From Terriglobia bacterium (GTDB lineage Bacteria > Acidobacteriota > Terriglobia > 20CM-2-55-15): DNA of 64,000 bases. Location: the NCBI GenBank assembly GCA_965218585.1, contig CBDCLE010000019.1, forward strand, positions 64,001-128,000. The letters are read 5' to 3'. Every line of letters starts with the position of its first letter. Position 1 is the first letter of the stretch. This document shows positions 40,611 through 51,900 of the stretch, piece after piece. The position numbers and the translations under genes were made by a program. Below the pieces are notes generated by a model, which was not told the origin of the DNA, made no database searches, and saw nothing but the letters and a program-made list of their open reading frames with translations.

Positions 40611-43600
40611 CTAGTCTCCACCCAAAGTCTCAAGCTCTCGGAGGAATTCCCTTGCAGACCTCGGACGTTCCATACTTTTCGCCGCGAAGCACCACTCGAA
40701 AAAGGATTGCTGCCGGATTGGCGTGAACCGCCCCCCTGCCAAGTCATCGCGCCACTCCCTGGAGGGAATAACGGCGAAGGGCCGAGCGCCCGTCAGTACT
40801 TCGTAAGCGATGACACTGAGCGCCCATACATCCCAAGCGATATCGGGACTCTCTCCCGCCACCTGTTCCGGTGAGGCATAGGCTGGAGTGCCCACGAAAC
40901 GGCCCGCCACCATGCCGAGGGTAGAAACCGTCGCTTCGGGATCTTGCCGGGGAGGCATCAACCTGGCGACTCCAAAATCCAGAACCTTCACGGTTCGGTG
41001 CGATTCTGTATCGTCGTCCGTTAGGAAGATATTTTCGGGTTTCAGATCTCTATGGACGAGTCTGATTCGGTGCGCGGCGTCGACTGCGGCACATACGTCT
41101 CGGAGGATCTCGATCGTCTGGAAGGGTGTGAGGCGCTGTCGGCGGTTCAGCTCTTCTTTCAACGTCACACCAGCCAGAAGCTCCATGACCAAGAAACCAC
41201 CGACGCCCGCTTCAACACCATAGTCGTGCACAGTCACGACATTGGGATGAGCGAAACCGGCAGCGGCCCGGGCTTCACTGCGGAAGCGCTCTTCGGCTTC
41301 GGCACTTCCCACCCAATCTTCACGAATGACTTTTACGGCAACACGCCGGTCCAGAGCCTTGTCTTTCGCCTCGTACACCTTCCCCATGCCGCCGCTGCCT
41401 CTTCGACAGTCCAACCGATATCGACCCACCAGAGTCCGGGGAAATCGAAGCAGTTTCAGATTGCTGTCATCGTGAGGGCACGTTCCATCCGCCGAGTCAT
41501 AGCACACGCCACACTCCGGGCACTCACCGAAACCCTCCGCCGGAGCTCTTTCGATCAACGAGGATTGATCGACCAGCAAAGCAAGACCTGCAGCAATCGT
41601 TTCCAACAATTCCTGGTCCTCGCGCGTATAAGGTTCTTCGGACCGTTTGACACCCAAAACCAACAGCGCTTCCGTCTGGCCCGGCGTGGTAGCGATTGGG
41701 ACCAGGAGATCGATGCCAGCCCTTTGGATAAATTCGACCTCTTTGCCGGGTAGCTGTCCCTCGAGCCAGTGCGTGTCGGCCGCCAGAACTTCGAGCGGCT
41801 GATCCAACAGTCGGGCCAGGCCCACCAGCTTGCTGTCTGCGGAAAGAGGCGGAGGCGCCAATCCGGATGGAAGCGACGCGAGAGAACTATAATCGGGTTC
41901 TTCCGCCGCTCGGACCATCACCGAAACAAACTCGGGATGCAGGGAGGTTTCAATCTGCGCCAAAGTCCGGGGGAGAACGCGCTCGATCGTGCCGGCCTCG
42001 CGGATCTCTCTGACGACCTGGCGGAGCACCTGTTGTGCATCATATTGTTCCCGGAAGAAACGCCGGTCCAGCGTCTTGAGCCAGCTCTTCCGCCGCCAAT
42101 GAGCCGCAAAGACCAATCCGCTTAACCCGGCGTAGGCCCAGCCTCGATTCTGTAAGATGCCGGCGAGCGATTGCTGACTGTTCGCCAGCATGTCTATCAC
42201 CAGAATGCCAGCCAGAATCGGCACCAAAGCCAGGATCACGCCACGCGCCAGCGCGTACTGCAACCCTTGCCGGATAATGACGGAGATGTCGAGGATGCGA
42301 TGTCGGACGATCGCATAGCCCAGAGCTATCTGAAGGGCCACGTCGGCCGGAACGACGAGCGCCTGAAATAAAAGACCTCCTTCAGCCAATCCGAAACCCC
42401 AGACGTTCGCGGACCAGAAACGCCCAAAGGCCCCCGCAAGGCTGATCGCCGCCCCCAACATCAACACGCGGACGCGGCGCCTCAAGTTCACGTCTGTCAG
42501 GCGGTAATAGCCGATGACGAGGATCGCAAAGCCGGCAACCAAGTACAACGGCGTACGCAGAAATGCAGCTTGGGAAACCCACTCTGGAGTGGAGGGGGAC
42601 GACTCGAACATCCGGATCGTCGCATTGAAATCGAAGACCCGCCAGGGGAGCGTCGCGAGAACCGGGAGCCAGATCACAATCCACGGCCAGCGGGAACGAA
42701 ACAGTCGCTTCGGAAAGACAACGAAGAAGGACAGAAAGATACCCTCGACGAGGAACCGGCTGAGGGTCGGAATCCACAGCAAGACTTCAAAAACGCCGGG
42801 AATCTGCCGCCAAGCCTGGGCCCAACCGTTAGGCAAACCGTAAACGATAGACACGGTCAGGATCAACCAGGCGCCGAGCCTCGCCGTCGGATCTCTGGGC
42901 CGGAGAAAAATGATCAGAATGCCGAGGACAAGGCCACTGAGAACGCGAGCGACATATTGAAGATACCCGTTCGCCAGACGGTTCTCCCACGTGGCTTCCC
43001 GGGGCGTGAACTGGATCTGGAGTCGCTGGCCCCCTCTCAGAATTTCCCAGGTTTGCGTTCGGCCGACTTCATGGTTCGCGTTCACGGCGGCCCAGTCGCT
43101 CGTCCCACCAACTGTTCGGTCGTCCACAGACAGGACTCGATCTCCAGGGCGCAATCCGGCTTGGAAGAGCAAGGCGTCAGAGGCAACCCCCTCGACCCTC
43201 ATCACACCGTCGTCGAAGTTAGCTTCCAGTCCTTCCAGATCGGATGGCCCCCAGACGATCAGATACGTCGCAAGCATCTGTATCGCCAAGATGGATGCGA
43301 CGAACACATACATCCACCATGGCAAGAGGGGGAGGTTTCTCCTCAGGGTAGCCGTAGCGGTGGAATAGCGCCGCCTCGATCGTCGCGGCAATGGGCGTAC
43401 GAAATCCGCCGGCGTCTTGGTCTCGTCGAGGCTGGCTGCGATAGCGGCAATCTGGATCCCCAGGACGCCCATGTCGGCGGGTCGGTTCTCCGGATCCTTC
43501 TCTAAGCATCGCCTCAATACTCCATGGATTCTCGGATCGAGACCATCGGGTAAGGCCTCCCACCGTGGCTCTCGGCCCAGAACATCCCGAAGGATGTCTG

Positions 43601-44516
43601 CCGCCCCCTCCCCTTGAAACGCCGGAGTTCCAACCAACATCTCATAAAGGATGGAACCAAACGACCAGACGTCCGTCCGCTCGTCCACGGTTTGCCCACG
43701 CGCCTGCTCCGGGCTCATATAGCGCGGTGTTCCCAGAACGATTCCGGCTTCTGTGCCGGCCCAGGTAATCGTTAGTCCATCCGAAGGATCCGAACCACCG
43801 CCGGTCGTCACGGCCTTCGCGAGCCCGAAGTCGAGAACATTCACCATGCCGTCGGGCGTGATCTTGATATTGGCCGGCTTGAGGTCCCGATGCAGGATGC
43901 CTTTTGCATGCGCCGTCTCCAGTGCGTCGGCGATCTGAGCGGTGATCGCGAGAGCTTCGCTCACGGGTAGCGCGCCCCTTGAGAGACGTTCCTTTAGTGT
44001 TTCGCCCGGCACCAACTCAAGGACCAAGGCTCGGTTTCCATCGAACTCTTCGATACTGTAGATGGACGCGATGTTCGGGTGGTTCAGCGAGGCGAGCAGC
44101 CGGGCCTCCCGACGGAATCTCTGCGCTTGGTCGGAATCGGCAGCGAAGAATCGGGGCAGGATCTTGATTGCCACTTCTCGATCGAGATCGGTGTCCCGGG
44201 CGCGAAACACTTCGCCCATACCGCCTTTCCCGATCAGCGCGAGTATCTCATGCCGCCCAATCCGCGTTCCAACTGCGACCGGCGATTCATTTCGTTTCGG
44301 AGAAAACGCCTGAGCGTTGCGGGGAGGGCCGGTCTCAGTTGAATCTAACGCGTCAGTCACTTCGGCATGACGGAGTACGGATTCGACCTGCTTTCTGAGC
44401 TTGTCATCGCCCGCACATGCTTCCTCGAGGAAACGTGCGCGCTCAGAGGGCTGTTTCTCCAGGGCAGCGTTGAACAGCGACTCGATTTGCTCGAACCGAG
44501 TGTCGGTCACTCTCAT
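40611..44516 (-). CDS. Membrane protein with two Hanks-type Ser/Thr kinase domains flanking PDZ, multi-TM and GAF-like regions
   Basis: Kinase 1: GKGGMGEV, VAIK, HRDLKPAN, DFG. PDZ: AGLRPGDRVLSVD. About 8 TMs. LGVKRSEEPY..ED and CPECGVC..CP. Kinase 2: GSGGMGKV, VAVK, HRDLKPEN, DFG. Confidence 0.9.
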   Translation of the reverse strand: MRVTDTRFEQIESLFNAALEKQPSERARFLEEACAGDDKLRKQVESVLRHAEVTDALDSTETGPPRNAQAFSPKRNESPVAVGTRIGRHEILALIGKGGMGEVFRARDTDLDREVAIKILPRFFAADSDQAQRFRREARLLASLNHPNIASIYSIEEFDGNRALVLELVPGETLKERLSRGALPVSEALAITAQIADALETAHAKGILHRDLKPANIKITPDGMVNVLDFGLAKAVTTGGGSDPSDGLTITWAGTEAGIVLGTPRYMSPEQARGQTVDERTDVWSFGSILYEMLVGTPAFQGEGAADILRDVLGREPRWEALPDGLDPRIHGVLRRCLEKDPENRPADMGVLGIQIAAIAASLDETKTPADFVRPLPRRSRRRYSTATATLRRNLPLLPWWMYVFVASILAIQMLATYLIVWGPSDLEGLEANFDDGVMRVEGVASDALLFQAGLRPGDRVLSVDDRTVGGTSDWAAVNANHEVGRTQTWEILRGGQRLQIQFTPREATWENRLANGYLQYVARVLSGLVLGILIIFLRPRDPTARLGAWLILTVSIVYGLPNGWAQAWRQIPGVFEVLLWIPTLSRFLVEGIFLSFFVVFPKRLFRSRWPWIVIWLPVLATLPWRVFDFNATIRMFESSPSTPEWVSQAAFLRTPLYLVAGFAILVIGYYRLTDVNLRRRVRVLMLGAAISLAGAFGRFWSANVWGFGLAEGGLLFQALVVPADVALQIALGYAIVRHRILDISVIIRQGLQYALARGVILALVPILAGILVIDMLANSQQSLAGILQNRGWAYAGLSGLVFAAHWRRKSWLKTLDRRFFREQYDAQQVLRQVVREIREAGTIERVLPRTLAQIETSLHPEFVSVMVRAAEEPDYSSLASLPSGLAPPPLSADSKLVGLARLLDQPLEVLAADTHWLEGQLPGKEVEFIQRAGIDLLVPIATTPGQTEALLVLGVKRSEEPYTREDQELLETIAAGLALLVDQSSLIERAPAEGFGECPECGVCYDSADGTCPHDDSNLKLLRFPRTLVGRYRLDCRRGSGGMGKVYEAKDKALDRRVAVKVIREDWVGSAEAEERFRSEARAAAGFAHPNVVTVHDYGVEAGVGGFLVMELLAGVTLKEELNRRQRLTPFQTIEILRDVCAAVDAAHRIRLVHRDLKPENIFLTDDDTESHRTVKVLDFGVARLMPPRQDPEATVSTLGMVAGRFVGTPAYASPEQVAGESPDIAWDVWALSVIAYEVLTGARPFAVIPSREWRDDLAGGRFTPIRQQSFFEWCFAAKSMERPRSAREFLRELETLGGD

Positions 44517-44685
44517 CTCCAATCCCACTGAGATCCGGCGCGGACAGCACCGGATCACTCATGGGGAACCTGGTCTCCTTTTGGTCGACCAGGTTTGTCC
44601 GACCCATGGCAGTCCTCCGACGGATTTCACTGAGAGATGTTGAACAGACTACACCGCAGGCGGGCACAAACACTAGCAGTCCCTG

Positions 44686-44765
44686 GGTAGTGGTCTAGTT
44701 TCCATTTCAAAGGGCATCAGTACAGCTACTTTCGTTCCAAACTAGACCAGTACCAGTCCCTGGTA
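44686..44765. repeat. Intergenic 16-bp inverted repeat with associated short direct repeats
   Basis: GGTAGTGGTCTAGTTT (44686-44701) vs AAACTAGACCAGTACC (44739-44754), 15/16 complementary; CAGTCCCTGG occurs twice; TACCAG-TCC-CTGGTA palindrome. Confidence 0.7.
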
Positions 44766-44948
44766 TCTGTTGACGCAGATGGAAGACCCAACCGCGGGAC
44801 TCAGGACGAAACTTCAGTTGGGCGCGGAATCTTGGCAAAGCCCCGAGCCTTCACTCGTGCCCTGTAGAACGAATCAAAAGATGTTCGATAATATAGTTAC
44901 TTTCGCGCGTCCCCGAAAATCGTTCGGCGAACGAAGAGAAAGAAAGCC

Positions 44949-47153
44949 ATGAAACTTGTTCCCAGACCATACCCGTTCGTGAGAACTGTTTTGGTGTTGC
45001 TACTGGGGTTGGCAGCAGCTTGGGAATTAGCGGCACAGGACCCAGACGGAGCCTTGCGCGCGAGGGCCGCCCCTGCAGTCTCCCCGATAGTACTTGACGG
45101 TGTTCTCTCCGAATCGGACTGGCGGTCGGCGATTCCAATTGGAGAACTTCAGCAACGGGAACCTCTTGAAGGAGTCCCCCCAACCGAAAACACGGAGGTC
45201 CGCGTGCTGTATGACGCGAACACTCTTTATATCGGCGTCATTTGCGGAGACTCCGACCCGGAAGGAATCATCGCTACGCAGATGTCCCGCGACGCCGACC
45301 TCTCGGTGGATGACCGCATCGAGATCCTTCTGGACACCTTCCAGGACCGACGCAACGCATTCTATTTTGCGACTAACCCAGCGGGCGCGCTCGTTGACGG
45401 CCTGATCATTGAAAACGGTGAACTCAACAGCGACTGGGATGCAATCTGGGACGTTCGCACCGCACAGAACGGAGATGGATGGACCGCCGAATTCGCCATT
45501 CCGTTTAAGAGCTTGAGTTTTGCTCCGACGCTTGATTCCTGGGGCTTCAACGTATCCCGCTCGATCAGCCGGAAAATCGAAGAGGACCGCTGGGCCGGAG
45601 CACGTCTCGACGTCGAGTTTGTTCAGGTCTCCGAAGCGGGTGACATCGAAGGCTTGACCGGAATCGAACAAGGGCGCGGCCTCGACGTTCGACCCTTTGT
45701 CTCGGGACGATGGATCAATTCTCCGCGGAACCAGAACGATCTGACCGATGGTGACGTGGGTGGGGACATTTTCTACAACATCACGCCCGGCCTTCGCTTG
45801 ACGGCCACGATCAACACGGACTTCGCCGAAACCGAGGTCGACGATCGCCAGATCAACCTGGACCGGTTTGCTCTCTTCTTTCCGGAAAAACGGTCCTTTT
45901 TTTTGGAAAACGCAGGCGTGTTCGATTTTGGCGTCAGTGGGGGATTCGGCCCAACGCTGCTTCCCTTCTTCAGCCGAAAGATAGGGCTACTGGAAGGGCA
46001 GGAAGTTCCAATTCTGGGTGGCGCTAAACTGGCCGGCAAGGTGGGTCGCTTTGATGTCGGCGTCTTGAACGTGGGAACCCGGGAAACCGACTTCGCCCAG
46101 GAGAAAAACTTCTTCGTTTCTCGCATCAAGCGGAACATATGGAACCAGAGTTACTTCGGCATGATCTACACTGACGGAAATCCAGCAGGGTCGTCTTCGG
46201 CGCGAACGTTCGGGGCGGACATACTCCTCGGCACGTCGAACTTCCTGGGCACCCAGAGCAACTTCAACGTCCAGGCTTTTGCGATGGGCGTCAGCAACGA
46301 AGGAGTTTCCGGCGAATCCGGCGCCTACCGACTTGCCGTCGCATACCCCAATGACCTTTGGGAAATTGAAGCCGGATGGCTCCGGACCGAGCGGAACTTT
46401 CAGCCGGCACTCGGTTTCGTCGCGCGCGCGGACACTACGCGTTTGGATTTTTCAGTGAATTTCGCGCCCCGTCCTACGGATTTTCTTGGACTGCGCCAGA
46501 TGCTGCACCAGCTCGACCTTACACACTACAGGCGGATCGACACCGGACAGGTTGAAAGTTGGTCGCTTTTTACAGTGCCACTCAATTGGACATGGAACTC
46601 CGGCGACCGATTCGAATTGAGCTGGTGGGGACTCTTCGAACGGCTCTTCGAGCCGTTCGAGATCTCGGACGGTGTGGTATTACAGTCGGGCGATTACAGA
46701 TGGAATCGTTACCGGGTGGAGTTCTTCACGTCGAACAACCGTCCGTGGAAGCTGGACACAACCTGGTGGTTCGGCACATTCTGGTCGGGCCGTGCCCACG
46801 AGCTGTCGGGTCAGTTTCAATACAAACTGGCTCCTAACCTGGATGCGGCCGCAAGCTACAACTTAACGTTCGCCCGTCTCCCCGAGGGCAACTTTGCCGC
46901 ACGGATCCTCACCCTGCGCGCTGATTATTCCCTCAGTCCGTTTTTGACCTTCTTCAACCTGGTGCAATTCGACAACGATTCACACAACCTGGGGTGGCAA
47001 AGCCGCGTCCGGTGGATCCTCGAGCCGGGGCGCGACCTGTTTTTCGTTTTCAATCAGGGATGGATTCAAGAACAGCAGCCAGACGGGAGGACACGTTTTC
47101 GCAAAACAGATACGGGGGTTACTGCAAAGCTTCAATACACGTTTCGCTTCTGA
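44949..47153 (+). CDS. CBM9-like + DUF5916 outer-membrane protein
   Basis: Signal peptide, LDGVLSESDW, GWTAEFAIPF, NTDFAETEVD, FFPEKRSFFLEN, terminal QYTFRF. Confidence 0.85.
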   Translation: MKLVPRPYPFVRTVLVLLLGLAAAWELAAQDPDGALRARAAPAVSPIVLDGVLSESDWRSAIPIGELQQREPLEGVPPTENTEVRVLYDANTLYIGVICGDSDPEGIIATQMSRDADLSVDDRIEILLDTFQDRRNAFYFATNPAGALVDGLIIENGELNSDWDAIWDVRTAQNGDGWTAEFAIPFKSLSFAPTLDSWGFNVSRSISRKIEEDRWAGARLDVEFVQVSEAGDIEGLTGIEQGRGLDVRPFVSGRWINSPRNQNDLTDGDVGGDIFYNITPGLRLTATINTDFAETEVDDRQINLDRFALFFPEKRSFFLENAGVFDFGVSGGFGPTLLPFFSRKIGLLEGQEVPILGGAKLAGKVGRFDVGVLNVGTRETDFAQEKNFFVSRIKRNIWNQSYFGMIYTDGNPAGSSSARTFGADILLGTSNFLGTQSNFNVQAFAMGVSNEGVSGESGAYRLAVAYPNDLWEIEAGWLRTERNFQPALGFVARADTTRLDFSVNFAPRPTDFLGLRQMLHQLDLTHYRRIDTGQVESWSLFTVPLNWTWNSGDRFELSWWGLFERLFEPFEISDGVVLQSGDYRWNRYRVEFFTSNNRPWKLDTTWWFGTFWSGRAHELSGQFQYKLAPNLDAAASYNLTFARLPEGNFAARILTLRADYSLSPFLTFFNLVQFDNDSHNLGWQSRVRWILEPGRDLFFVFNQGWIQEQQPDGRTRFRKTDTGVTAKLQYTFRF

Positions 47154-47244
47154 CCCGATTCTGGTTTCGGATACATACAGAGCCTCTCATTGCTCACTGT
47201 GACCCGACAACAATGGCCGGATATATCCAGTTGCGCACTGAATC

Positions 47245-47631
47245 CTATAGGAGCGAGTCGTCGATCGGATTGGAAGCGGGAACGCTTCGGCGCTGAGGCT
47301 CTTCGGGTGGGGAGCCCTTCTTCGGATCCACATATCGGCTCAACCGCGTTCTGGAACCACCAAAGAAACTCTCGATGAGCTCGCTCACCGCCTGGGCTCT
47401 TGCCTGGTTTTCCGTAAAACTGGGTTCGTAGACGTGCGCGCGCGATTTCTTCGTGCGCCCGAGGGCTCCCTTCTTGAACAGGCGATCCATTACTGTCATG
47501 ACGGTGGTGTAGGCCAGTTTACGTTCCGGGAGCAGATCCGCCTGTACTTCGCGCACAAGTGCGGAACCACGACGCCATAGAGATTTCATGATCGCGAGTT
47601 CCAGCGGAGTCAGGTTGGTAGGGTCGCTCAA
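47245..47631 (-). CDS. BlaI/MecI/CopY-family transcriptional repressor
   Basis: LTPLELAIMKSLW, LAYTTVMTVMDRLFKKG, FFGGS. Confidence 0.9.
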   Translation of the reverse strand: MSDPTNLTPLELAIMKSLWRRGSALVREVQADLLPERKLAYTTVMTVMDRLFKKGALGRTKKSRAHVYEPSFTENQARAQAVSELIESFFGGSRTRLSRYVDPKKGSPPEEPQRRSVPASNPIDDSLL

Positions 47632-47897
47632 GGATCAAACTCTCTCTTACGATCTTCAAGAACTTCGATGAGTTCTCGCGCTTCAGCTTTTCCCGGTGAA
47701 CGAACCGGAATCGACCGGATACGAAACTTCAGAATCCGATGTGGTAGGAGAACCGACACCACATCATCGATGTGTAAGTCCCGGCCCGCCCGCGCAACGT
47801 GGTCATTGACCCGAACGTGTCCTGCGTCGCAGGTTGCTTTGGCCATAGAACGCCGTGGTATCACACGGCACCACTTGAGAAATTGATCGAGGCGCAA
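47628..47897 (-). CDS. S4 RNA-binding protein (Hsp15/RqcP-like)
   Basis: MRLDQFLK..RRSMAKATCDAGHVRVN. Confidence 0.85.
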   Translation of the reverse strand: MRLDQFLKWCRVIPRRSMAKATCDAGHVRVNDHVARAGRDLHIDDVVSVLLPHRILKFRIRSIPVRSPGKAEARELIEVLEDRKREFDP

Positions 47898-47924
47898 AAA
47901 GAATACCGGAAGGAACGCGATCCG

Positions 47925-48914
47925 CTAGGGGAGCGAACCCGTATCGACGTATCCATCCCGAACCGACACGAAACCGGTCTTTCGGAGGTCGATCAAATAG
48001 TCCCGAACACCCGGCTCAAGGCGCTCGTTGAAGAGCACACCCTCTACCTCCTGCCGCGCCAGATCAAAGGGCAGTATTCCGCCATCGTGCTGATCCTGAA
48101 GTTTCAAGATGACGAGTTCACCTGCCAGTTCCCTCACGCCACTCACATCTCCGCGTCCGAGTTCGCCAATGATTTCCTCGTAATCCTCGCGGAGTGAGCC
48201 ACTGGGAAGATAACCCAAGTCTCCACCACTGGCGCCCGTCGGCGCTTCGGAAACTTCTGCCGCAACCACGCCGAAATCCTCTCCATCGCTTTCGATACGA
48301 CGGAGAGCTTCCTCAGCCCCGGTCCGGACTTCTTCGACCTGCTCAGTCGTCAAGTCGGTTGTTTCGAACACGATCTCCTGGACCCGGTTTCCTTCGGGTC
48401 GGTCAAAGTCGTTCAGGTGTTCATCGTAGTACGTCCGCATTTCTTCAGTCGTAATTACGATCCTGGAGTAGACCTCCTGCTGGATGACCTGTTGGGTTAC
48501 ATATTGCGTCCGAATAGTGTCCTTGAAGACTTCGACGTCAGTTCCCTGTCCGGCGATCGCAGCTTCGAGGTCCTCGAGCGTCTCAAAGTCGAATTCCTGC
48601 CGCATCTGCTCCATCGTACGGATCACCTCAAGATCGGTCCGAATCCCAAACTCTTCGCCTTTCTGCATCAACAAGCTGCGGTCAATCAGGTCTCGCAGCG
48701 CATCCTGTTCAGCTTGGGCGACGGCTTCGTCGAGTTGGTCGCTCTCGAGTTGTTGCCCCAATTCTTCGCGCATCAACAGGCTCTGACGCTGCAGATCCGA
48801 CAGCAGAATCACCTCGTTGTTGACCTGAACGATTACCCTGTCAATCGTTCGCTGTGCATGGCCAGTACCAGCCAACAGAAAAATTCCGATAACGGTTAGC
48901 GTTAAACGATTCAT
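47925..48914 (-). CDS. SurA/PrsA-like parvulin peptidyl-prolyl isomerase
   Basis: Signal peptide, IDRVIVQVNNEVILLSDL, FGVVAAEVSE..GGDLG. Confidence 0.85.
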   Translation of the reverse strand: MNRLTLTVIGIFLLAGTGHAQRTIDRVIVQVNNEVILLSDLQRQSLLMREELGQQLESDQLDEAVAQAEQDALRDLIDRSLLMQKGEEFGIRTDLEVIRTMEQMRQEFDFETLEDLEAAIAGQGTDVEVFKDTIRTQYVTQQVIQQEVYSRIVITTEEMRTYYDEHLNDFDRPEGNRVQEIVFETTDLTTEQVEEVRTGAEEALRRIESDGEDFGVVAAEVSEAPTGASGGDLGYLPSGSLREDYEEIIGELGRGDVSGVRELAGELVILKLQDQHDGGILPFDLARQEVEGVLFNERLEPGVRDYLIDLRKTGFVSVRDGYVDTGSLP

Positions 48915-48968
48915 CGAAGTCCTCGCCGAATGGGATGTGGGCAAATGTTCCGAAAGATCAAGGATATA

Positions 48969-51900
48969 TCAAGACACCTCCTCGAGCACACTCTGTATGC
49001 TTTCGAAAATGCTCCGCCCGGGACCTGGAGGCTTGATTCGAAGCGTCGCAGGGGGAGCAAAGACGACATCCGGGTCCCCCTCAACCAGTTGGACGATCCG
49101 CTCGGGGTCGATGTGAGCTTTTTGATCAAATACGATGTTGATAGCATCCCGTTTGCGTTCGATCAGATGGACACCAAGCGACCGGCCTCGAAGCCGCAGA
49201 CGAGCATATTCGAGGAGGTTCCGGATGGCATCCGGTAGCGATCCAAAGCGGTCTTCCAGATCCTGATACTGAAGGTCAATGGCCCCCTCGGTTCGGGCAG
49301 AGGCGATGCTCTTATACATACGCAAGCGCAGCATCTCATCAGGAACGAAGCTCTCGGGTATCTTCAGGTCTGAGCCGAGTCGAATCGTCGTTTCGACTTC
49401 GGGAGCGACTTCACCCGTCCGTAGTTCCTCCATGGTTCGTTCCAGCATCTGACAGTACAGGTCAAAACCAATCGCCTCGATGTGTCCATGCTGCTGTCCT
49501 CCCAGCAGATTGCCCGCACCACGGAGTTCGAGATCAAGAGCTGCTATGCGAAAACCGGCGCCCAATTCGCTGAATTCACGAATGGCAGCAAGCCGACGCC
49601 GGGCAATCGGTGTCAGCACCTTGTCGGAAGGAATCAGCAGATACGCATACGCGCGTCGATTGGATCGGCCTACACGCCCACGCAACTGATAGAGTTGCGA
49701 CAGACCGTAACGATCCGCCCTGTTGACGATCAGTGTATTCGCCAGGGGTATGTCCAGACCATTCTCGATGATGGTCGTTGCGACAAGAACGTCGAATTCA
49801 TGGTGCATGAAGCGCAACATGACGTTCTCCAATTCTTTTTCTCTCATCTGGCCGTGCCCGACCGCGATACGTGCCCTGGGACATATGCGACGGATGAAAT
49901 CTGCCAGGGAATAGATGGACTGGACCCGGTTGTGGACCAGATACACCTGCCCGCCCCGGTCCAGTTCAAAATTGATCGCGTTTTCTATGACCTGTGGATT
50001 GAACTTGAGGACAGAAGTATTGATCGCAAGTCGGTCCCGCGGAGGCGTTTCGATGACCGACATGTCCCGCAATCCCGTCAGAGCCATGTGAAGAGTTCTC
50101 GGAATCGGCGTTGCGGTCATCGTCAGTACGTCCACCTGTTTCTTGAGCTGCTTCAGGCGTTCCTTGTGGGCAACTCCGAAACGCTGTTCCTCGTCGACAA
50201 TCAAAAGGCCGAGATCGTGGAAATGGACATCCTTTGAAAGGATCCGGTGCGTCCCGATCACAACGTCAACCTTTCCGGCTCCGGCCTCAGACACGATCTG
50301 TTTCTGTTCTTTGGGCCCTACGAAACGACTGAGCATCGCGATCGACATCGGAAAGGCAGCGAATCGCTCTTTGAATGTTTCATAGTGCTGAAAGGTGAGC
50401 ACGGTTGTTGGAGCCAGGACAGCAACCTGTTTGCCGTCGGAAACCGCTTTGAACACAGCACGCATTGCAACCTCGGTCTTGCCGTAACCGACGTCTCCGC
50501 AGATCAACCGATCCATCGGAGTCTGCAGTTCCATGTCATCCTTTATTTCCCTGATCGAAGTGTGCTGATCCTCGGTCTCTTCGTACTGGAAGGCTTCCTC
50601 GAATTCTGTCTGCCACTCTGTGTCGGGCGAAAATGCGTGTCCCAACGCCACCTTCCGTTCGGCATAGAGCTGCAACAGTTCCTGGGCCATGTCACGAATG
50701 GCCCTTCGGACCTTTGCTTTTCTCTGGACCCAGGTCGTACCACCCAGGCGGTCGAGCTTGGGATGGCTGCCCTCGGTCGCCGAATACTTCTGGACCAGGT
50801 CCAGCCGGTCCAGTGGAACGTAGAGACGGTCGCCGTCGTGGTAGGTCAAGACCATGCACTCCTGGCCGTGAATGGTCTCGAGCCCTCCGTAATTGCCAAC
50901 GCCATGGTCGACATGAACCACGTAGTTCCCGGGTTTGAGATCCTGTAGATCGGAAAGGAAGGTAGAGATCCTGCTCTTGGAACGGCGCGACGGAGTGAAA
51001 TGCTCTGTTTCGTCGAGTATGTCCGTCTCGGCGAAAACCTCCAGGCCGACATCGGGAAGCCTGAAACCGCTGGAAATTCGCCCGACGGCAACGACAGGGG
51101 CGTTCCCATCTGTGGGCGCTTTAAGCGGAGCATCCCCAAACTCGGTCAGGATCGGTAGTTCATATTCGTGCAGAATGTCGCGCAGACGCTCGGCCATTCC
51201 AACTGTGCTGCCCATCAGGAGAACCTGCCGACCCGCCTCGAAGGAATCGCGAATCGTCTCTACCATCTCGCGCATCCGCCCATGGAAACGCCGGGCAGGT
51301 TGTCCAATGACAAGAAAATCCGAGCCACCGGCACCCAGTTCTTCCAAACCTAACCTGGGGTACTTATCCAATACCGACGTCACTTCATCGGAAGAGAGAA
51401 ACAACTGCTCTGGTCCAAGAGCCAGGCCTCCAACGGATTCAGTCTGCCGAAATCGGTGCTCCAACGTATCGCAATACTCCGCGTATCCCTTGTCTAACAA
51501 CTCCGGCTCATCCAGAACAAAGACGGCTTCGTCGAGATAGTGGACGAGTGTCGATTCGAGAGGCTGAAGAAGAGGAATCAGGAACTGGGAACCGGGGAAG
51601 GGTTCACCATCATCGGCCAGGGCCAGCTTTTCGTTCAAGTCGTCGTGGTAGCGCTCTTCCTCCCATTGTCCGCGAGCCTTCCCGGCCCAATCCCGAAACA
51701 TTTCGCGCGTCACAAACTGCTCCTGCATCGGAAGGATGTCGATTCGCCGAAGAGGGTTCGTGGACCGCTGATCGTCTGGATCGAACTCGCGAATTGATTC
51801 AACCGTGTCGCCAAAGAATTCGATCCGGGCGGGATTGGACATCAAGGGTGAAAACACGTCGACGATTCCACCCCGTTCAGAGAACTCGCCTACCGAGCCG

